A stretch of DNA of 61,701 nucleotides, filler included, from Bipalium vagum (GCA_037834085.1; 3 parts of 3 records of this genome joined end to end with filler, not necessarily neighbours in it); one strand, 5' to 3'; positions 23,091-38,900 are shown, counted from the first letter of the whole stretch. Made by a program: numbers and translations. The notes: generated by a model from the sequence alone, not told the origin.

Positions 23091-26000
23091 CATGAATAAC
23101 TTTAGAAAATCATTGAACTTAAAGGAAATCAAATGTGAAATCATACATATCGTTAATATTAATAAATCACTTCTGAAATTAAGTACATTTATTATCTTCA
23201 CAAACACCATCTTTTTATGTGAACCATATATAATCTATTTCACAGTACCTTTCTTTAAAAATATAATCTCATTTTATTAAGAAGAATATATATTTTTATA
23301 TACCGTATAATTCTGTATATATACCGCAACAATAAATTAGCCCCAACTATTTTTTTTTACAAAAACATATTTTTTAAGATGGGTCGCGGCTTATCTAAAC
23401 TCAATATTTCTAAAGTTGAAATTTAAAGTTAAATAATAAATTAAAGACAAGATGTCATTATGAATCTTAATTTTTTGCTACAAATTTAAAAATCAATATT
23501 TAGATGCTTTGTTTAAATACATTTAATAAACCTAAATATTTAAATTAGTTGTAAATTCAAATAATGAAAAGTAGAACGCAGTATTCTGCACAATAATCTT
23601 ACTATTATATTTTGCTATAATATTTTAAACTTGAGAATATTAGCAAAACTTAAAATTGGAAAATAGTAAAAATTTCCTCGCTAAATTAATTATGTATGTG
23701 TATTATTATATATTATTAATAATTTTTAAATAAAAAATGTAAACTTCTTTCCAAAAAACAAAATAAAAACGATCGTATTTTCATTAAAACAAATAATAAT
23801 ATTTCAACTTATATGATTTATTATTTATAAATCTGATTGAAAACATTGAAATAAATCCAAACCTTTGCTTCTTTAAAAAAAATTAATTAAAAAAAAATTT
23901 TTTTTATTTCAACAACAGGACCTGAATAAAGAGAAACTTAATTTAACTGTCTTCAGACTAGTTTACATCAGTATAACTAACCGGAACATATAATCATGTA
24001 GTCTAGAAAACAATTTTCAAACGGCTTAAATGAATGAGTTATATTTTTGGAAATTATTCTTTTCACTTGTTTCTCTTTTCTTTCATATGGCAATAGTATA
24101 ATTGAATTTGATATTATTGAAAATAATTAATTAGTATCTAATACCAACAGCGATTTCGATAAATGTTATCAGACATAAGTAACTGGAGAAATGAGTATAT
24201 CTATTTTTCCTTGCTTTGATCTGATATCTTAAGCATTCCTAAAGGACTCATTATGATGAATCCATAATAAATCATGCATCAGACCAAAGCAAAAAGATGA
24301 TTAACCAACAATAATAACTAATAAGAATAGTAATTATTATTATTAATAATTAATTAATTAATATATAAGCTTTGCTACAGTCACAGTTATGTATTAAGTT
24401 TGTTATTATAACACATTTTTAAAAAATATATAAAATCTTCATAATTGGAGTAAAGTAAATGGGGATTTTTTTCTCCAAAATATGTCTTCAATAAATAGAA
24501 AAATGATAGAATAATTTTTATTTCACCATTGTATCAATATATAGATTTTTATTTCCTTTTTAATTGGATGAAAAGATAATTTAATTTCTTTAAATATGAA
24601 ATATTTTAGAAACGATCACTAAAATATATAAAAGTATTTTAATTAATTTACATAGATTATTACTTTTTTCGTTACTTAACCTCCAGTTTTTTATTGATGA
24701 CTTAATAAATAAAAATAAAATAATAATTAAATTAAATGTACATGATTTATGGTTTATTGTACGATTTAATAATTAATAATTTTTAATTAATTTACAGTAC
24801 GACTTGTTTGTTTAAATGTTGTTATTAGTTTTTTTTAATGAAAAAGTCATTTAATTTTTTTTTATTTTTCAGTTATATTTTTAAAAGTTTAAAAATTTCT
24901 ATTACATCCGATTAAGTTGATTTTTATTATTTTTGAGATTTCATAACTTCATAAATAATTGAAATGATTAATATTATTATTTATTAATTTTAATTATACT
25001 TTGAAAAAAATATCATGCTTAAAAGTAAATCAATTAACGCAAAAGACAATTATTAAAAATTATTTTTCTTGCAGCCCACGATATTATTTAATAAAATTTC
25101 GAAAATACTGATTTTTCTTCATATGTCATTTACACAGTATATTTTTGTTTAAATTATCAAGCTTTTCAATCATTTATAAAAATAAAAAAATTATAATCCT
25201 AATGCCTATAATTAAGAATATTTTCAATTTAATTGATAAGATGAAGGGTAATTTTGAGTTATTAATAAAAATGATGACATTTTGATAATGCTATTGTGCT
25301 CTGGAACCTCTTTGAAGGATAAATATCAATAAATAATGGAGCCATTGGCCCATAATCTGAAAACCATGAAGTCATTTGCAATATGTCGATATATGAAGAG
25401 AAAACGTTTGTTTTTAATTTCTAAATTTTCTGAATTTTTTATTATTATTTTTAATATTTGCTAAAATTATTTTTATTTAATATAATCGCAATTTATAATA
25501 TAATTTTTCTTCTTGGAATTCCATAAAAAATAAGAAATATCGAATTATATTTTTAGGTTTAAATATAATTATCTTAGTAAATGTGTTTATTTTATTTAAA
25601 TGGATTTTTTGTTTAACTTTCACTCTAAAATGTAATATTCTTTCACAGCGTGATAATTTTTTATTATATTATATTTTTTTTTAATTTAATTTGGGCATTT
25701 TAGTTTTCTGTGGACATGATTAGAGATGGGTTATGAAGATCTCATTTTGGAACTTCAAAGTTGATTTAATTAAATCTTTTTATTTATTAATATTTATTGA
25801 GAATTCCAGCTTGGATATTTCTGAAGCTTCGGGTTTTTGGAACATAAAATTAATTTTTTCCTTTGTAAAATATTAAATATATTTCAATTTTAATCAAAAA
25901 TAAATTATATTTAATAATCCACCGTAAAAATGACAGTTAATTATCAACAGATATGATAATTGAATGAATAAAAATAATAAGTAGTGAATGATAATTTTTT

Positions 26001-26794
26001 GAGGGATATTGCTCAAGTGTAGCTTAAATATCCTTGAAAAGTCATTAAAAGAACCATTTTAAAGAGACATTACATCAGAAATGCATTACGAATTCATTGA
26101 AAGTGCTATTAAATTATGTTTAACAATTTAGAAAGGCGTAATAATAATAATATATTTTACATAATTAAATTTCTTTTTTATGTACTCAAAGTTCTCTCTG
26201 TAAAAAAATAAATAAAATAAAATAAAAATTTCAAGAAAACCATCAGCAGATTAAAGACCAAGCCATATAATTTAGAGATGGGTCGACAAGATATTTATGA
26301 AGACCAAAATTGTCTCCATAAGCTTTCTAAAGAAAATTGATAAAATATGTTATGTTATCCATAAGACAAAGCCATAAAACCTTTTATTGAAAAATCAACA
26401 ATTCTTATTGAAAAATGGAAAAAAAATTGAAAGAAAGATTTTGCAATATATATTTTTTAAACATTTATCTAATAAATAAGATAAATTTAATAAGTCATAT
26501 TAATGACAAAAAATGACGTATTTACGTATTTTTATGTTTTTATTTATTTTTAGAAATTACTTTTAGAGAAAAAATCATTTTAAAAAAATATTTCGTATGG
26601 TCTAAAATGATAAATCTATTTTTTTCATTATTATTTTATATCAGACAACAATTTTTAATTAATTAAATTGTTTTTATCTGTAAAAATAAATATTAAAAAT
26701 TTTAAATTAATTGATAATTCAGTAATTCTGATTATTTGTTGGAGATGCAGACAAATTTCGGAAGGATTTTCCTAATAAGGATCTAAGTAAGTGG

Positions 26795-26830
<36 letters not shown>

Positions 26831-27412
26831 CTTTTTTCGACTTGTAACAAGACAAGTAAAGGCATAAAAGAATGAGATTCGTTCAAGTTGAGAATGTTGG
26901 TAGTAATAATTAATCTGTATATTATATTGGTTTCGGGATAGAGCGATTTTTATGAAATTATTCGGTTAGCTAATCAGTCTGAACCATGGTGAGTTATCGC
27001 TCGATTAATTCCTAATGAAAGGAAATGGAAATCGCACGGTTATTTAGCCGTTCCTAATGGCAAAATGACAGTATTAAACTTGTTTCTAAGAATAGGTTTT
27101 TTTTTCTTTTTTTTGCAAATAGAATCGTTCATTGTAATGAAATCGAAATTAAAACAATTGACAAATTGAAATAATAAAGTATAAAAATAAACAATGATAG
27201 AAATAGATTTTTTATTCTGGTTTGAAAAATATTTCACTATATGTTCGATAATATTGGTGAAAAATATTTAAATAATAATTAGGAAAATATTTTTAAAAAT
27301 ATTAATTAATTTAAGTATCTTTGTTTGAATTAGTGCTTTTAGATTTATAATATTATTCAATATTTACCTGTTTAATGAATCATATCGTTATATGTTAATA
27401 AATTGAATAATA

Positions 27413-28593
27413 TTTGGTTGCTCCGAAAGTTCATTCGGTTTTGCATTATTTTAATAACATTTTATTTGTAACTAATAAATCTAAAATACATGTAATCTTT
27501 TAATTTTAATAAATAAAGGTAACTTTGTTTAAGTACATCATCTTCTTTAAGCTGATAAGTTATTTAGTATCATTTTGAAATGGAAAATAACAAGCAGCAT
27601 TTCCGATATATTTTGCTTTTTTATTTTAGAGGTAAATTAGTTGACAATGCGCCTTGAAAATTTTGCGCTGTCTATGGTTCTGATGTCAAAACTAAATGTA
27701 TGTCAGATTTGGTATAAAGAATTCAAACCCGGAACCTTTGAGGTTCATTATGGTCTCCGTTCCGGGAGAAAAAAGGAAATTTCTATCTATCGTTGAAATT
27801 CATCGACACGTAGTGGCTCGTGAAACAACAGGTCAGTTGCAAACATCGCAAACAAACTTTTGATAAGGCTGGATATTTGGAATTCCGCATCAATTCTCAA
27901 ATAATCATTTAATGCAAAGATTCAATATTTGCGATATATTGTTAAGGGGTAACATTATCAATCCATTTCTGAAGAGACTCATTACATACTAATTAAATAC
28001 AATAATGTAATCCACAAAAGGTCGTGGTATAAACATGGTGATTTATATGAAACAAATCTAAAAATATTTTTGCAAAAAAAGCTAGGTTGGTTTGATTATA
28101 GGAAAGTGGTATATCTTGAACTTTTATCTATGAATACTACAATAATTTCTTATGTTTACTTTCACCAAATGTAACCAAGTTAAATGATTCCTTTGAAATA
28201 GAAACGTCCAGAATTAGTTATTCGAAGAGATGTTGTTTTGCTTGAGAAAAAAACAAAACCTTATACTTCTTTGAAAAGTCGACAAAATTCAGGAACTTGA
28301 GTGGGATTTGCTGCCACATCCACCATATAGTCCTGATTTGACACCGTCAGATTACTATCTGTTTCGTTCTTTACAAAACCTTTCAAGTAAGAAGACTATG
28401 GTGCCAACAGTTGCCTGGGATCGTTTTTTGCTAAAAGACCAGAAATTTTATGAAAAGGAAATCATGATATCTCCTGAAAGATGGCAGAAAGTTATTGACA
28501 TATTGGTCAATATGTTTTATAAATTTTCAATTTTTTCAAAATGTGCTTTTTAATTTTATATTTAAAAACGAATGAATTTTTGGAACAACCTAA
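27413..28593 (+). mobile_element. Near full-length decayed mariner (DD34D)
   Basis: Imperfect TIRs TTTGGTTGCTCCGAAAGTTCATTCG / CGAATGAATTTTTGGAACAACCTAA with TA flanks. Starts MENNKQHFRYILLFYFR. Also contains LPHPPYSPDLTPSDYYLFRSLQN and ERWQKVID. Confidence 0.92.
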
Positions 28594-29183
28594 TATTCAT
28601 TATGTATTATTAAATAATTATTTTTAAAACATTATTCTTAATTAGGATTTATTGATATTTTATTTATTCTAATTTATTTTATTTATACATTTATTATTAT
28701 TTTATCATAATTCTTTTAACTCTCAACTAAATATGTAAAATATTTTTTATCTAACGGGTTTATACTTCACGGATATTTAATATATAATTTTATTTTATTA
28801 TTTTATTTCAGAAAATAATTTTCAAAAATATAATTTTAATTATTTTCAATATATATTCATTTTCATTCTTTCATTATAATAATATTTAATAAACAGTAAA
28901 ACTAGATTTTCTTTTGTAATCTGTTTAATATTTTTATTTCTGTAATTTGTAAAATTAAAGGTTTTCAAAATTATTTGATCGTATAACATAAAATTAGATA
29001 AAACAGAAATAGAAAATTCAAAGTCTTGATAATATTTATTTATAACATTTATTTGTGCTTTATTAAAAATTCATTTCCTAAATGGATTTCATGATAACAT
29101 GTTCGGAATTGCTGCTATTGTCGAAGGACAGTTGCGAATATTATTGGATATCGATAATATGAACGCGAAAATATTGCTAAGGA

Positions 29184-29319
29184 NNNNNNNNNNNNNNNNN
29201 NNNNNNNNNNNNNNNNNNNNNNNNNNNNNNNNNNNNNNNNNNNNNNNNNNNNNNNNNNNNNNNNNNNNNNNNNNNNNNNNNNNNNNNNNNNNNNNNNNNN
29301 NNNNNNNNNNNNNNNNNNN
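29184..29319. other. Assembly gap (136 N)
   Basis: Run of N without the linker. Confidence 0.97.
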
Positions 29320-31365
29320 TGATTAATATTATTTATTATTATTATTGGTCATTCTTAATTTTGAAAAAGCATAAATCAAAATGCTATTTAAAAAAATTAT
29401 TAAAATTGTGGACCAAAAAATTAATTTTTTATGAAATATTGAGAAATATGATTATCACAAATTAATGGTTCAAATATAGTACTCAATTAATTCAAACTAA
29501 ATTCAAATAAGTTAAAACAAGAAATTGGATGGTTTTCTTTGCAACAAATAAAACTGCACCAACTTAATAGAAGTGGTCCAAATCAGAAATTGGTGCAAAA
29601 TCAAAGTTTCACTGTGGTAGTAGTACAAAATTAATATAATATATCTCGCATTATATTCTAAAGGCAAGGTTTTTAAAAATACTCACTTTCACCAATCATA
29701 ATTTAATAAATGACAATAACCATTATCATTTTTTTTCACATTTAAATCATTTCTAAACAATAAATAAATAATATTACTAACAGAAATTGATTTATTATGT
29801 AGAAAATTGAAATTAAAAAAATATTATTTAATAATATTTTCAATGTCTCAAGAATTATAAAGTAATAACTTCAAGTAACGAAATTATTTTACTTGCCATT
29901 GTTTTCACCGATAGCTTGAAAAACATGTAAAAATATTACAGAAGACATTGGTTTTGTAAAACGGTTCTTCTTTTCTTTTTCGAAAGACTAATTTCACGTG
30001 TAATTTTCCACAAAACTGACATCAAAAGCTTACAAAAGAGAAAAATATCTCATTTAAGAACATGCGATAAAAAAAATAAAATGTTACAGTTTACTGTTTT
30101 AGTCAATTACCTATGGGAGATGTCGATCAAAAATGAATGATGTTCCAATTTGTTGTCTTTAGAATAGAATTACCATTTTCTTAAAACAGAAAATGTCTTA
30201 TTATTACAAAGGTAAAACCATTCATTAATGAAGTCGAAATTGTGTCTGCATAGCTAATAAGTCATTCATCCGGAAAACTAGATTTAATGTATAATAGAGA
30301 CCGTACAATTTAAACCATCACTTTTGGAATCTCAGGAGTTGAAAGGAAATATGATTCCAACCTGAAAATAATTGATATTATTAAAACAATGGTGGCTTAT
30401 ATGACTGTATTATTAAATTATGAACTTATCAATTTTTCCTTAAGTGAAATCAAAGATTTGTTTTACTCTACATTATTTTCAAAGTCGTAAGCTAATGATT
30501 ATTAAGTATTAAAATGAATTATTATTATTTTTATTATAGTAGTATTACCAAAAAATAATTATATTAATACCGAAATGAAATACATAACGAAAGACCTCAT
30601 TAATGAAAAATATTAATATATAATACATATTAATTATATATTATCCTTAATTATTTATAATAATGAAATATTTTTAACTGATCTTTAATGATCTCATACA
30701 TTCTAACACAGGTTTCAAGTAAGACCCTATAAAAAAATGTTTTAAATTAAAAAAATAAAAGTATAATTATTATGGTACCTGTTAGAGATCAGGTCATAAA
30801 TAATATATTTATGAAATATTACGATATAAATTTTTATTCAAGTTTTTATCAGTGTTAATTATTTAAAGAAAAAATATTATTTTTAGATTATTTAATAATT
30901 AGTTATTTATTTTTATTTTGTTATAATAAAGATAATTATCATTCATTTGGTTCTCTTTGTTATTATCTTCTTGAATAACAATTCATTATCAAAATAAATT
31001 ATTATTATTATTATTATTATTATCATTATTATTATTTTTTATTTTTTATTATTAAAATAATGTTTTTTTTGTGCAGCACATGATTTATTTTTTTAGAGTT
31101 ATTTATTAAAAATTATTTTTAGGCCTCAGTACTAATTCAAGCAAATGTTTTTTGTTAAAAAGTGTTATTGATTAAGACTGATAAAAATAAGGTATCTATT
31201 TGTTTATATTAATGAAAAATATATTTAATTAAATACAGTGAAATTAATAATCTGGAGCATTTAAGTACCCATGGGGAATATATTTTTTAATTTTTCAATG
31301 TGCTTTAAGATTATATGTAATTTTCTCTTTTCTCGTTCTATTAAAATTGAATTTTGACTGTTAAA

Positions 31366-31738
31366 AAATTGCAGAATTAAATCAAATTTAAAAGTTAATT
31401 TTTTAATTTCGCAATATTTCGACATTTTAAGGAAATCCAATCTCCAGTCTTTTATTTAAATTTGTTTTGTTTAAAAATAAATAACGATATTAAATAAATA
31501 AATATTATTATGATAATAATTAATAACAATATATAATAATTAATATATAATATAATAATATAATATAATATATTAATTAATATTATTATTATTATTATTA
31601 AATAACGATAATAAATTGCAGAATTAAGTCAAGTTTAAAAGTTAATTTTTTATTTCGCAATTTTTCGACATTTTAAGGAAATCCAATCCACAGTCTTTTA
31701 ATTATATTTGTTTTGTTTAAAACAAATAACGATATTAA
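31366..31738. repeat. Local direct duplication of ~125 bp separated by an AT-rich low-complexity tract
   Basis: AAATTGCAGAATTAA...CGACATTTTAAGGAAATCCAAT...AAATAACGATATTAAA occurs at ~31366-31493 and again at ~31613-31738. Confidence 0.85.
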
Positions 31739-32981
31739 AAATCAATAACATAAAATATATTCGAAGCAAAGATTGAAACAAAAATTTTAACTTGAAAAGG
31801 GTTTTTAGGTTTTAATAATAATACCATGAATATTTCATTGATTTCCATTGATTTCCATTGATAGTTTATCATTATTGTAAAATACTGTACATAAAGGCAC
31901 CTGTGTTTTAATGAATTACTTACTTCAAAGAGTAAGTAAAGATCAAATGAAAGTATTAATTTGCTATTTAACCGTTTAAAACAAAAAGTAACTCTAAGTA
32001 ACATTTAGTATATACATATATGATGAAAGAAGTCTTTCTTGATACAATAAATTTTTTTCGAAAAAGCGATAATAAATTATAAATAAAAATAAATTATTTT
32101 TTGGAAAAATATAATTTTATTGTAAAACAAATTCTTTGAAACCGAATAGAGATTGTTCGCTATTTGCTGCTGTTGTTGTCTTTGCTGTTGTTGTTGTTTT
32201 TTTTTTCATATCTTCAGCCCAATTAATTAAAGTAGAGACAAAAATTATTCCCCTGACAATGTCGTAATAAAGAGACGGGGTTTGATTTCCATAAATATTA
32301 CTCGGTGCATAATGTAGGCAAAGTACATTGAACTAATCGTTGGTGATGTAATCAACAATAAATTTTGATTATAAAAAAAAATCATAGAAAATCTGGAATA
32401 AAAAAAAGTTTAATATTGAGATCAGTTCAATAAAACAAAGCCAGTGATGTAACTGGTGTCATGAGTTTTCGTGACTCAGTAAGCCAGATTCCCGGATTTA
32501 TCAAACGGGGTTTTAACAAATAATCAGTAAATCTAACTGATTTTCTCCCTTTTCTCTCTTTCGACTTTTCTATCTGATTTACAATAGAAATGTAAAATCA
32601 TCCGGAAATTTCAATTATTAACATATACAAAGGTGAAACATTAATAATAGCACGTATAACTAGGTTATATATAATCAATAGTAATTATTTGTTATATTTC
32701 TGAATTTTTCAGAGGAAAGAGAAATGTGGATCACTGAGAATATATAAAGATTTCATTCATTACCCAAAATTGCTTGTCTTAATTGATATTCCGCGAATTC
32801 TACAGTTCATTTTCATGATGCTGTCAATTTATATTATTTGAGACTGATTTTTTTTTCTCTTCATTAAAATAAAAGCACTCATCGATTTATTTCTGTGATT
32901 ATTATTATTATTATTATCATTTTTTTTCGTTTGCTTGTTTTATTTGAGTAATTAATGGATTTTCATTATTTTTTCGTCTAG

Positions 32982-35900
32982 ATGCCATCTTTAGAATCAT
33001 TGTTACGGAATAATACGACTGACATTTGGACGACGATTTCATATTTTGAAATGGATACTCAAGTTGGAGAATGCTTTAAGGTACCAGTTAACTTTCTAAA
33101 GGTTTCCGTGGACGGTTATACAGATCCTTCATCACCAAATAGATTTAGCTTGGGAAAGTTGGTCAATATTCATCGGTATGGAGAAGTGTTATTTTTGCTT
33201 GAAATTTCATATCATTATATTAAACGCTAATTTATGTAATTAATGTTTTCTTATGTAATTTTTATTCACAGCCAAAATTTTATTTCAAAATAAAAAATTA
33301 AATCGAAGAAAATAATTCGTTTCGTCAATAATAAGTCTTCTGGCTCATTTTTATTCAGGATGAGTAAAATGATTAAGAATGAATCTCTTTCAAAGGAAAT
33401 CAATTATATTTATTTTAATTAATTTTTAAATATTATTAAATTTATTAAAAATCAATATTTATTTGATTTTAGAAAAATATAAACCTAATTGATTTTTATC
33501 AATTTAAGACGTTTTTTTTTATCTTAAGAAAATTTATTAAATGGTAATATACAATGGGTACAAAAAATTATGATAAACAATATTATGAACAATGGTTATT
33601 TGGTCAACAAACTATGTCATTAAAATGTATTTACCATGAAGATCGGCTGGACAAAAAATATGAACAATTTTATGTATTGAGACTAATAAGAATTTTGTTT
33701 CGTTCACAAAAATTGCATAAGTTCAAAAGGTTTTTAATTTACAAGGGCATCTGATTTTGTCTTGTTTCATTATATGTCAATTTTATATTTTTATAACAAT
33801 GTGGACCCTTGGATTGTTGGAGGTACTTAAGTAATAAAGTGATAAATTGGTTTTTTTTTAATTTATGTAAAAGGATTTCAAGAAGATTTTTCATTCGAAA
33901 ATTAAATTTATATTGATTTATTTAATATACAATGAAAATGAGTTACAAGATTTTTAAGAAATTTTAACAAAATGATAATTGGATACCAAAATATTGTTAT
34001 CATTTGAGAATTGGAAAGTGGAATATCAAGAGTATATTTAGAAAAATTGAATGTTAAAATCCTTATCTAAAAACATATGGTTTAATAAATAAAACCAAAA
34101 CGGACAATAAATACATGGTGTGCACACAGTAAATTTTAAAATGTGATATCACAAAATAAATGCAGCATAAGACTGCGTATTTTTACACATTATTTATAAG
34201 CGTTTAACATTTTTTCTACAGAATGACCATTAATTTTGAAACACTTATTTAAGCAATTATATAAGTCATTCTTAACATTTTGACACATTTCTGGATACAT
34301 TAGAGGTGCCTCCATTTGAATAATATCTTTAAAGTCTTGGATATCTTTTGCTTTTCTTCATTACACACGTATCAGATGTCCTAAAGTGAAGAAATTCAGT
34401 CTGACTTATTTCGAATATTTTTCATTTTCAGTTCATGATCTTCCAGACTTCGAAATATCACACACACTCACAGTCTCTCTAATACTCTAAATCTAAATAC
34501 ACACTCTAATACTCTAAATACTCTAAATCTTCGATTAATTCCCCACCAAGCATTTTTGCGATATTAATATGGCAATAAAAAATAATCCCCAACCATCAAT
34601 AATTCCCCATAGCATAAGATTGGTCTTTCAAAGGATGTAAATAAATTCTTACAAAGAACAGGAATTCTTCAATATGTTATTCTTGGAGGACTAACTAGAT
34701 TATTGCAACCCGCAGATACATTTTGGTTCAAGCCTCTTAAATTTAGTCTGCGTGCAATGGTTCGACAATGGTTTCAGAGTGATACTTGTGAAAGAGCCAA
34801 AACTGGGAAAGTAAAATTTCCATCTAGCGATGTTCTTGGAAATTGGTTGTCCACTTCATGGGATGCCCTAAGTAAAGATTTAATCAAAAAGAGTTTTATG
34901 TTAAGCTTTCTAGGAGAAATTAGAAATTTATTAATTGCCAAGATACACAGCTTGGAAAATTTTTTTTGGAAGATCTGAGCTTGAAGATGATTGAAGATCA
35001 AATGGATATAACCTTCATTAGTTCGTCATCTGATGTATTTTATATAAACAATTGATAATATCTGAATAAATTTTGATTTTTATTAATTTTTTTTGGTTCT
35101 TTTTACTGTATTTTTATTAACCACTCCAATAATCCCCTATCGGGTATATTTTGGACTTCGGGAGACTAATCCCCATGTGGAATTAATCGAAGATTTAGAG
35201 TAGATACTTACACTAAATTTTGACAAATCAATTTCTTAGATAAATGTACATTTAATATATATTTTGCTGAGCTCCAAAATCGGATACTTAACTTATGAAC
35301 ACCCTGTATATAGGTTGAAGAATTTAAAATTTGCTCCCTTAAATGTACAGATTATAACAACGAATCGTTTTGTTTGGCATTTCAAAAAGTAAAATAAAAT
35401 AATATTTTTTTATTTTTCAAAGACATTTTGAAAGGATTATATAAATATTATTTTTTCACTGTAACATGATAAAGTAGACTTTGCTTAAAAATTTAACATT
35501 TTTTTCAAAGTACAAGGAGTATTTAAAATCCAATAATTTCAATCCTTCATATTATGGATAATGTTTTTAAATATGGAGTTTGTTAAGACTATCCTTTTAA
35601 GAAATATCTGAAGTACATGGGATATACTTTAACAAATAAATGTAACTGGTCCAAATAGCATTATCATTATACTAAATTACAAGACTGTTTTGTTTAGATT
35701 TTGAACAAATAATAAAAATTTCTGAAGATTGTTTTATAATTTTATGGATGTTTTACAAAATACCACTGGAATCTCGATTTTGAAAGAAACGTTAATATTT
35801 GGAAAACACCTTTGTTGATACCATGGTTATTATCATAATTATTAAATATTTATTAGAAATCATATGTATTTATACTTCCGTACTAAAGTCTGAAGACACG

Positions 35901-38900
35901 TGAAAAAATCTTTTTTTTCTATAGAAGCCATCGAAAAACAATGACTAAAATACCGTTATATTGTTCAGTTTTTAGAATTCCATTGATTTTGACCGTTTCC
36001 AAATGTATTGTTTCTAAAATGATCCACCGCCATGGTTTAATGTTGACACTACACACTAATTCATCATGCGTTCTCTTGTTTTAATGTGCACGTGATTTTC
36101 CCTTTTTGATCTGAAAATCTCAAACTTAGACTCATCATACCATAGATTATTTTTCAATTGTTTATTATCAATTTTTTAGTATTACTTAATCAGTGTTTAA
36201 CAGTATCAACACTACCTGTGGTGAATCTCTTGCTATTAAAATAAGATTTATTGTCTGGAGCTGTTAGTTTCCTTTTTTTACTTGTCGTTATATCTCTAAC
36301 TTCTGCAGAAGTTATTAGTTTTGGTCGACCATATCTTCCTCGTGATTTAAGACTGCATGTAGATGAATATCTTTCGACCATCTTCTGTATCTTATCACAC
36401 CATCGTCTATCGCATGCGATGAAAAAGACACTACATTTTCTGTTCTAAACTCTTTGTTAGCTGTCACTGTAAAATCTATTTGTCAATATATCAATTTCTA
36501 ATTGACTTTTTAATAAAGCATGATTTTTACGAATGTACTCAGACTTCTCCACTTATTACATATATAGATTTAAATTGTGAAAAAATCACTAATATTCACT
36601 TAAGAAATGTTATAAAATAATTTATTTTTATAGTTTTTAATATTTATTTTTTATTTTGACTATATTATCGTCGTAGAAAACATTAGTTTTTCATTGTTTG
36701 ATTATTGAAATGTTTCTTGCAGAAGAGCATTTGTTAAAGAAAACGAGATAACTCTTTCGCTTAAGGGAATTTGGTGTAAAATAAAGAAAATTACTTCAGG
36801 AGTAGTATAAAATTTCAAGTATAGCGAAACAAATAATGTAAATAAATGTCAAAACAGAAATAATGTTAACTGGACTTCATCTTAATGATAATTATTAGGT
36901 TGGCAAGAAAGTTAAACATGTAATTTACATGAACATTTTTTATAAAATTTCAGAGTCCGCACAATGTTTGATTCATTGAAAAAATTTCCATGATCATCAA
37001 TGACCATTAACCATCTTTCAGATAATAAATTTCTTGAAAAGTTTTTGTAATGACATTTTTCCACCCACATACATCCAAAAAAATCTTTCAGGGACAGTAA
37101 TAAGCAGAAATCTAATGACACAATAAACTATAAGGTGGATGTAATACAACTTCCCAGTCAGGTTTCATAAAATTTTCTATGGTACTCATTGTCTTGAGGT
37201 CTAATTTTATAGTGTTGCAGAATAACTACTTTGATGTTTGGTCTTACTGAGCATAGTAAGCATCAGTCATAATGGTTTCATTTTTAGGAAGTAATTTATA
37301 ATGACTTGGATGTCGTTTGTCTCAGTAAATGCTTAAAAATTTTTTTATCAAATTAATTTTGAGTTTTGTAACAAATGGTTGTGCTGATCAGATAAATATA
37401 TATTAGTCGTATGAGTACACCATTATTTTTCATTTCTCATCATTGGTTACGAAGTCGTAGAGATTAAATTAAGAAAATTAGAAACTCTTCAATTCGCAAT
37501 GCATGTAAAATACGACATTAATTTTTTGCCAACCTAATAATAATTAATTATGCTAAGAATTTATAATTATAAACCAATAGGTCTAGGAAGGATTGTAGTA
37601 ATTCAAATTTACTGGTTTAAATAAAAATAATTTTTTATCTTATAGATTCAAATTAAGAATAGGTTTCCTAATATGATTTACATGGTACAACACTTCAAAA
37701 GTTTATTTGTGAATTATGCAAGAGTTTGTTGATCGCGTTTAGAAGTAAAAAATAAGTAAATGGAAAGAGTTTCACAATGAATAACGGACCACATAACGAG
37801 TTTGATAAAATCCCTAAATATTATTGAAATTATAAAACCATATTTAAATGAAACCGGTTTATTATGAAAGCTAAACGAAATTAACGCTGGGGTCATTATC
37901 GAGTCAGAATTTTACATTTAAATAATATTTTAAAATTTCTGATTTTGGAAACCGTTAAAACCTCAGTTGACTGACAAAGACCTTTGCTTAGAATGAAGAA
38001 ATTTTTGTAAGGAATTTAGATGAAATTTCTATTGAATATTATGCTTTTTTTCATTTATCCTATAAAGATATTTATTAAAAATTAAATTTTTATTGGTTAA
38101 ATCAATCAATTATTCACAAAACATAATATTCAGTTCTGAAAATTGCAGCTGGAGCAAATATTTTCATATATAATCTTTTCTTTATATTTTCTGTGAAAAT
38201 TATAAAAATTAGAACTATGAATGCGATAATAAATAAACATTTGATGGTTGGTTTCGTTTGAATTTAAGAAAATTTTTTTAAAAAAAACTGCTTAATCGAA
38301 GCCTGCAAACATCTGTGAGACAAGCAAGTCTTGAGCTAGGAATCTCAAAAGATTCTGTTCACCGAACTTTGAAGCGCTGCCAAATAAAATGCATTTCGTT
38401 AAACTTCCATTTATAATTATTTTAAGTGTGTTTACATTTTTTTGAGACAATCTGTTTATTAAAAGACTTTTAGTGTTTTGATTAAGTTGAACATTTTACA
38501 TCGTTTCAAAATTGAGATATTTCTCCCGGATATATTTCTTTGAAATTTTGCATGAATTGTATATTATTACGATGTTTCGATGAATACCAAAGTACCAAAG
38601 CTTATTTTCCATTCAATTAAATTATTCCATAGTGCTTTGATACCACTTTCACTAATACTTATCTCAGGAAATTATAAATTTCTCTTACCCAAACTTATCT
38701 TTTGCCTCATATAACGGATTAGATGTCTTAGTTAAGTGCGTATTAATTTATGGTTAATAATTTTATTTGTAAATATTCATTAATTAATAGTAATTATTAC
38801 TATTAAAATCTAATTTAACCAAAATTTAAATTATTCATAATTGAATTATCTAAATTATTTCATACCCTTGTGCTAAGCATTTCATATGAGGACTCAATTC

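Noticed and set aside
29082-29183. Coding exon next to the 136-N gap
   Set aside because: No recognisable motif in any frame; the listed ORF length is inflated by Ns.
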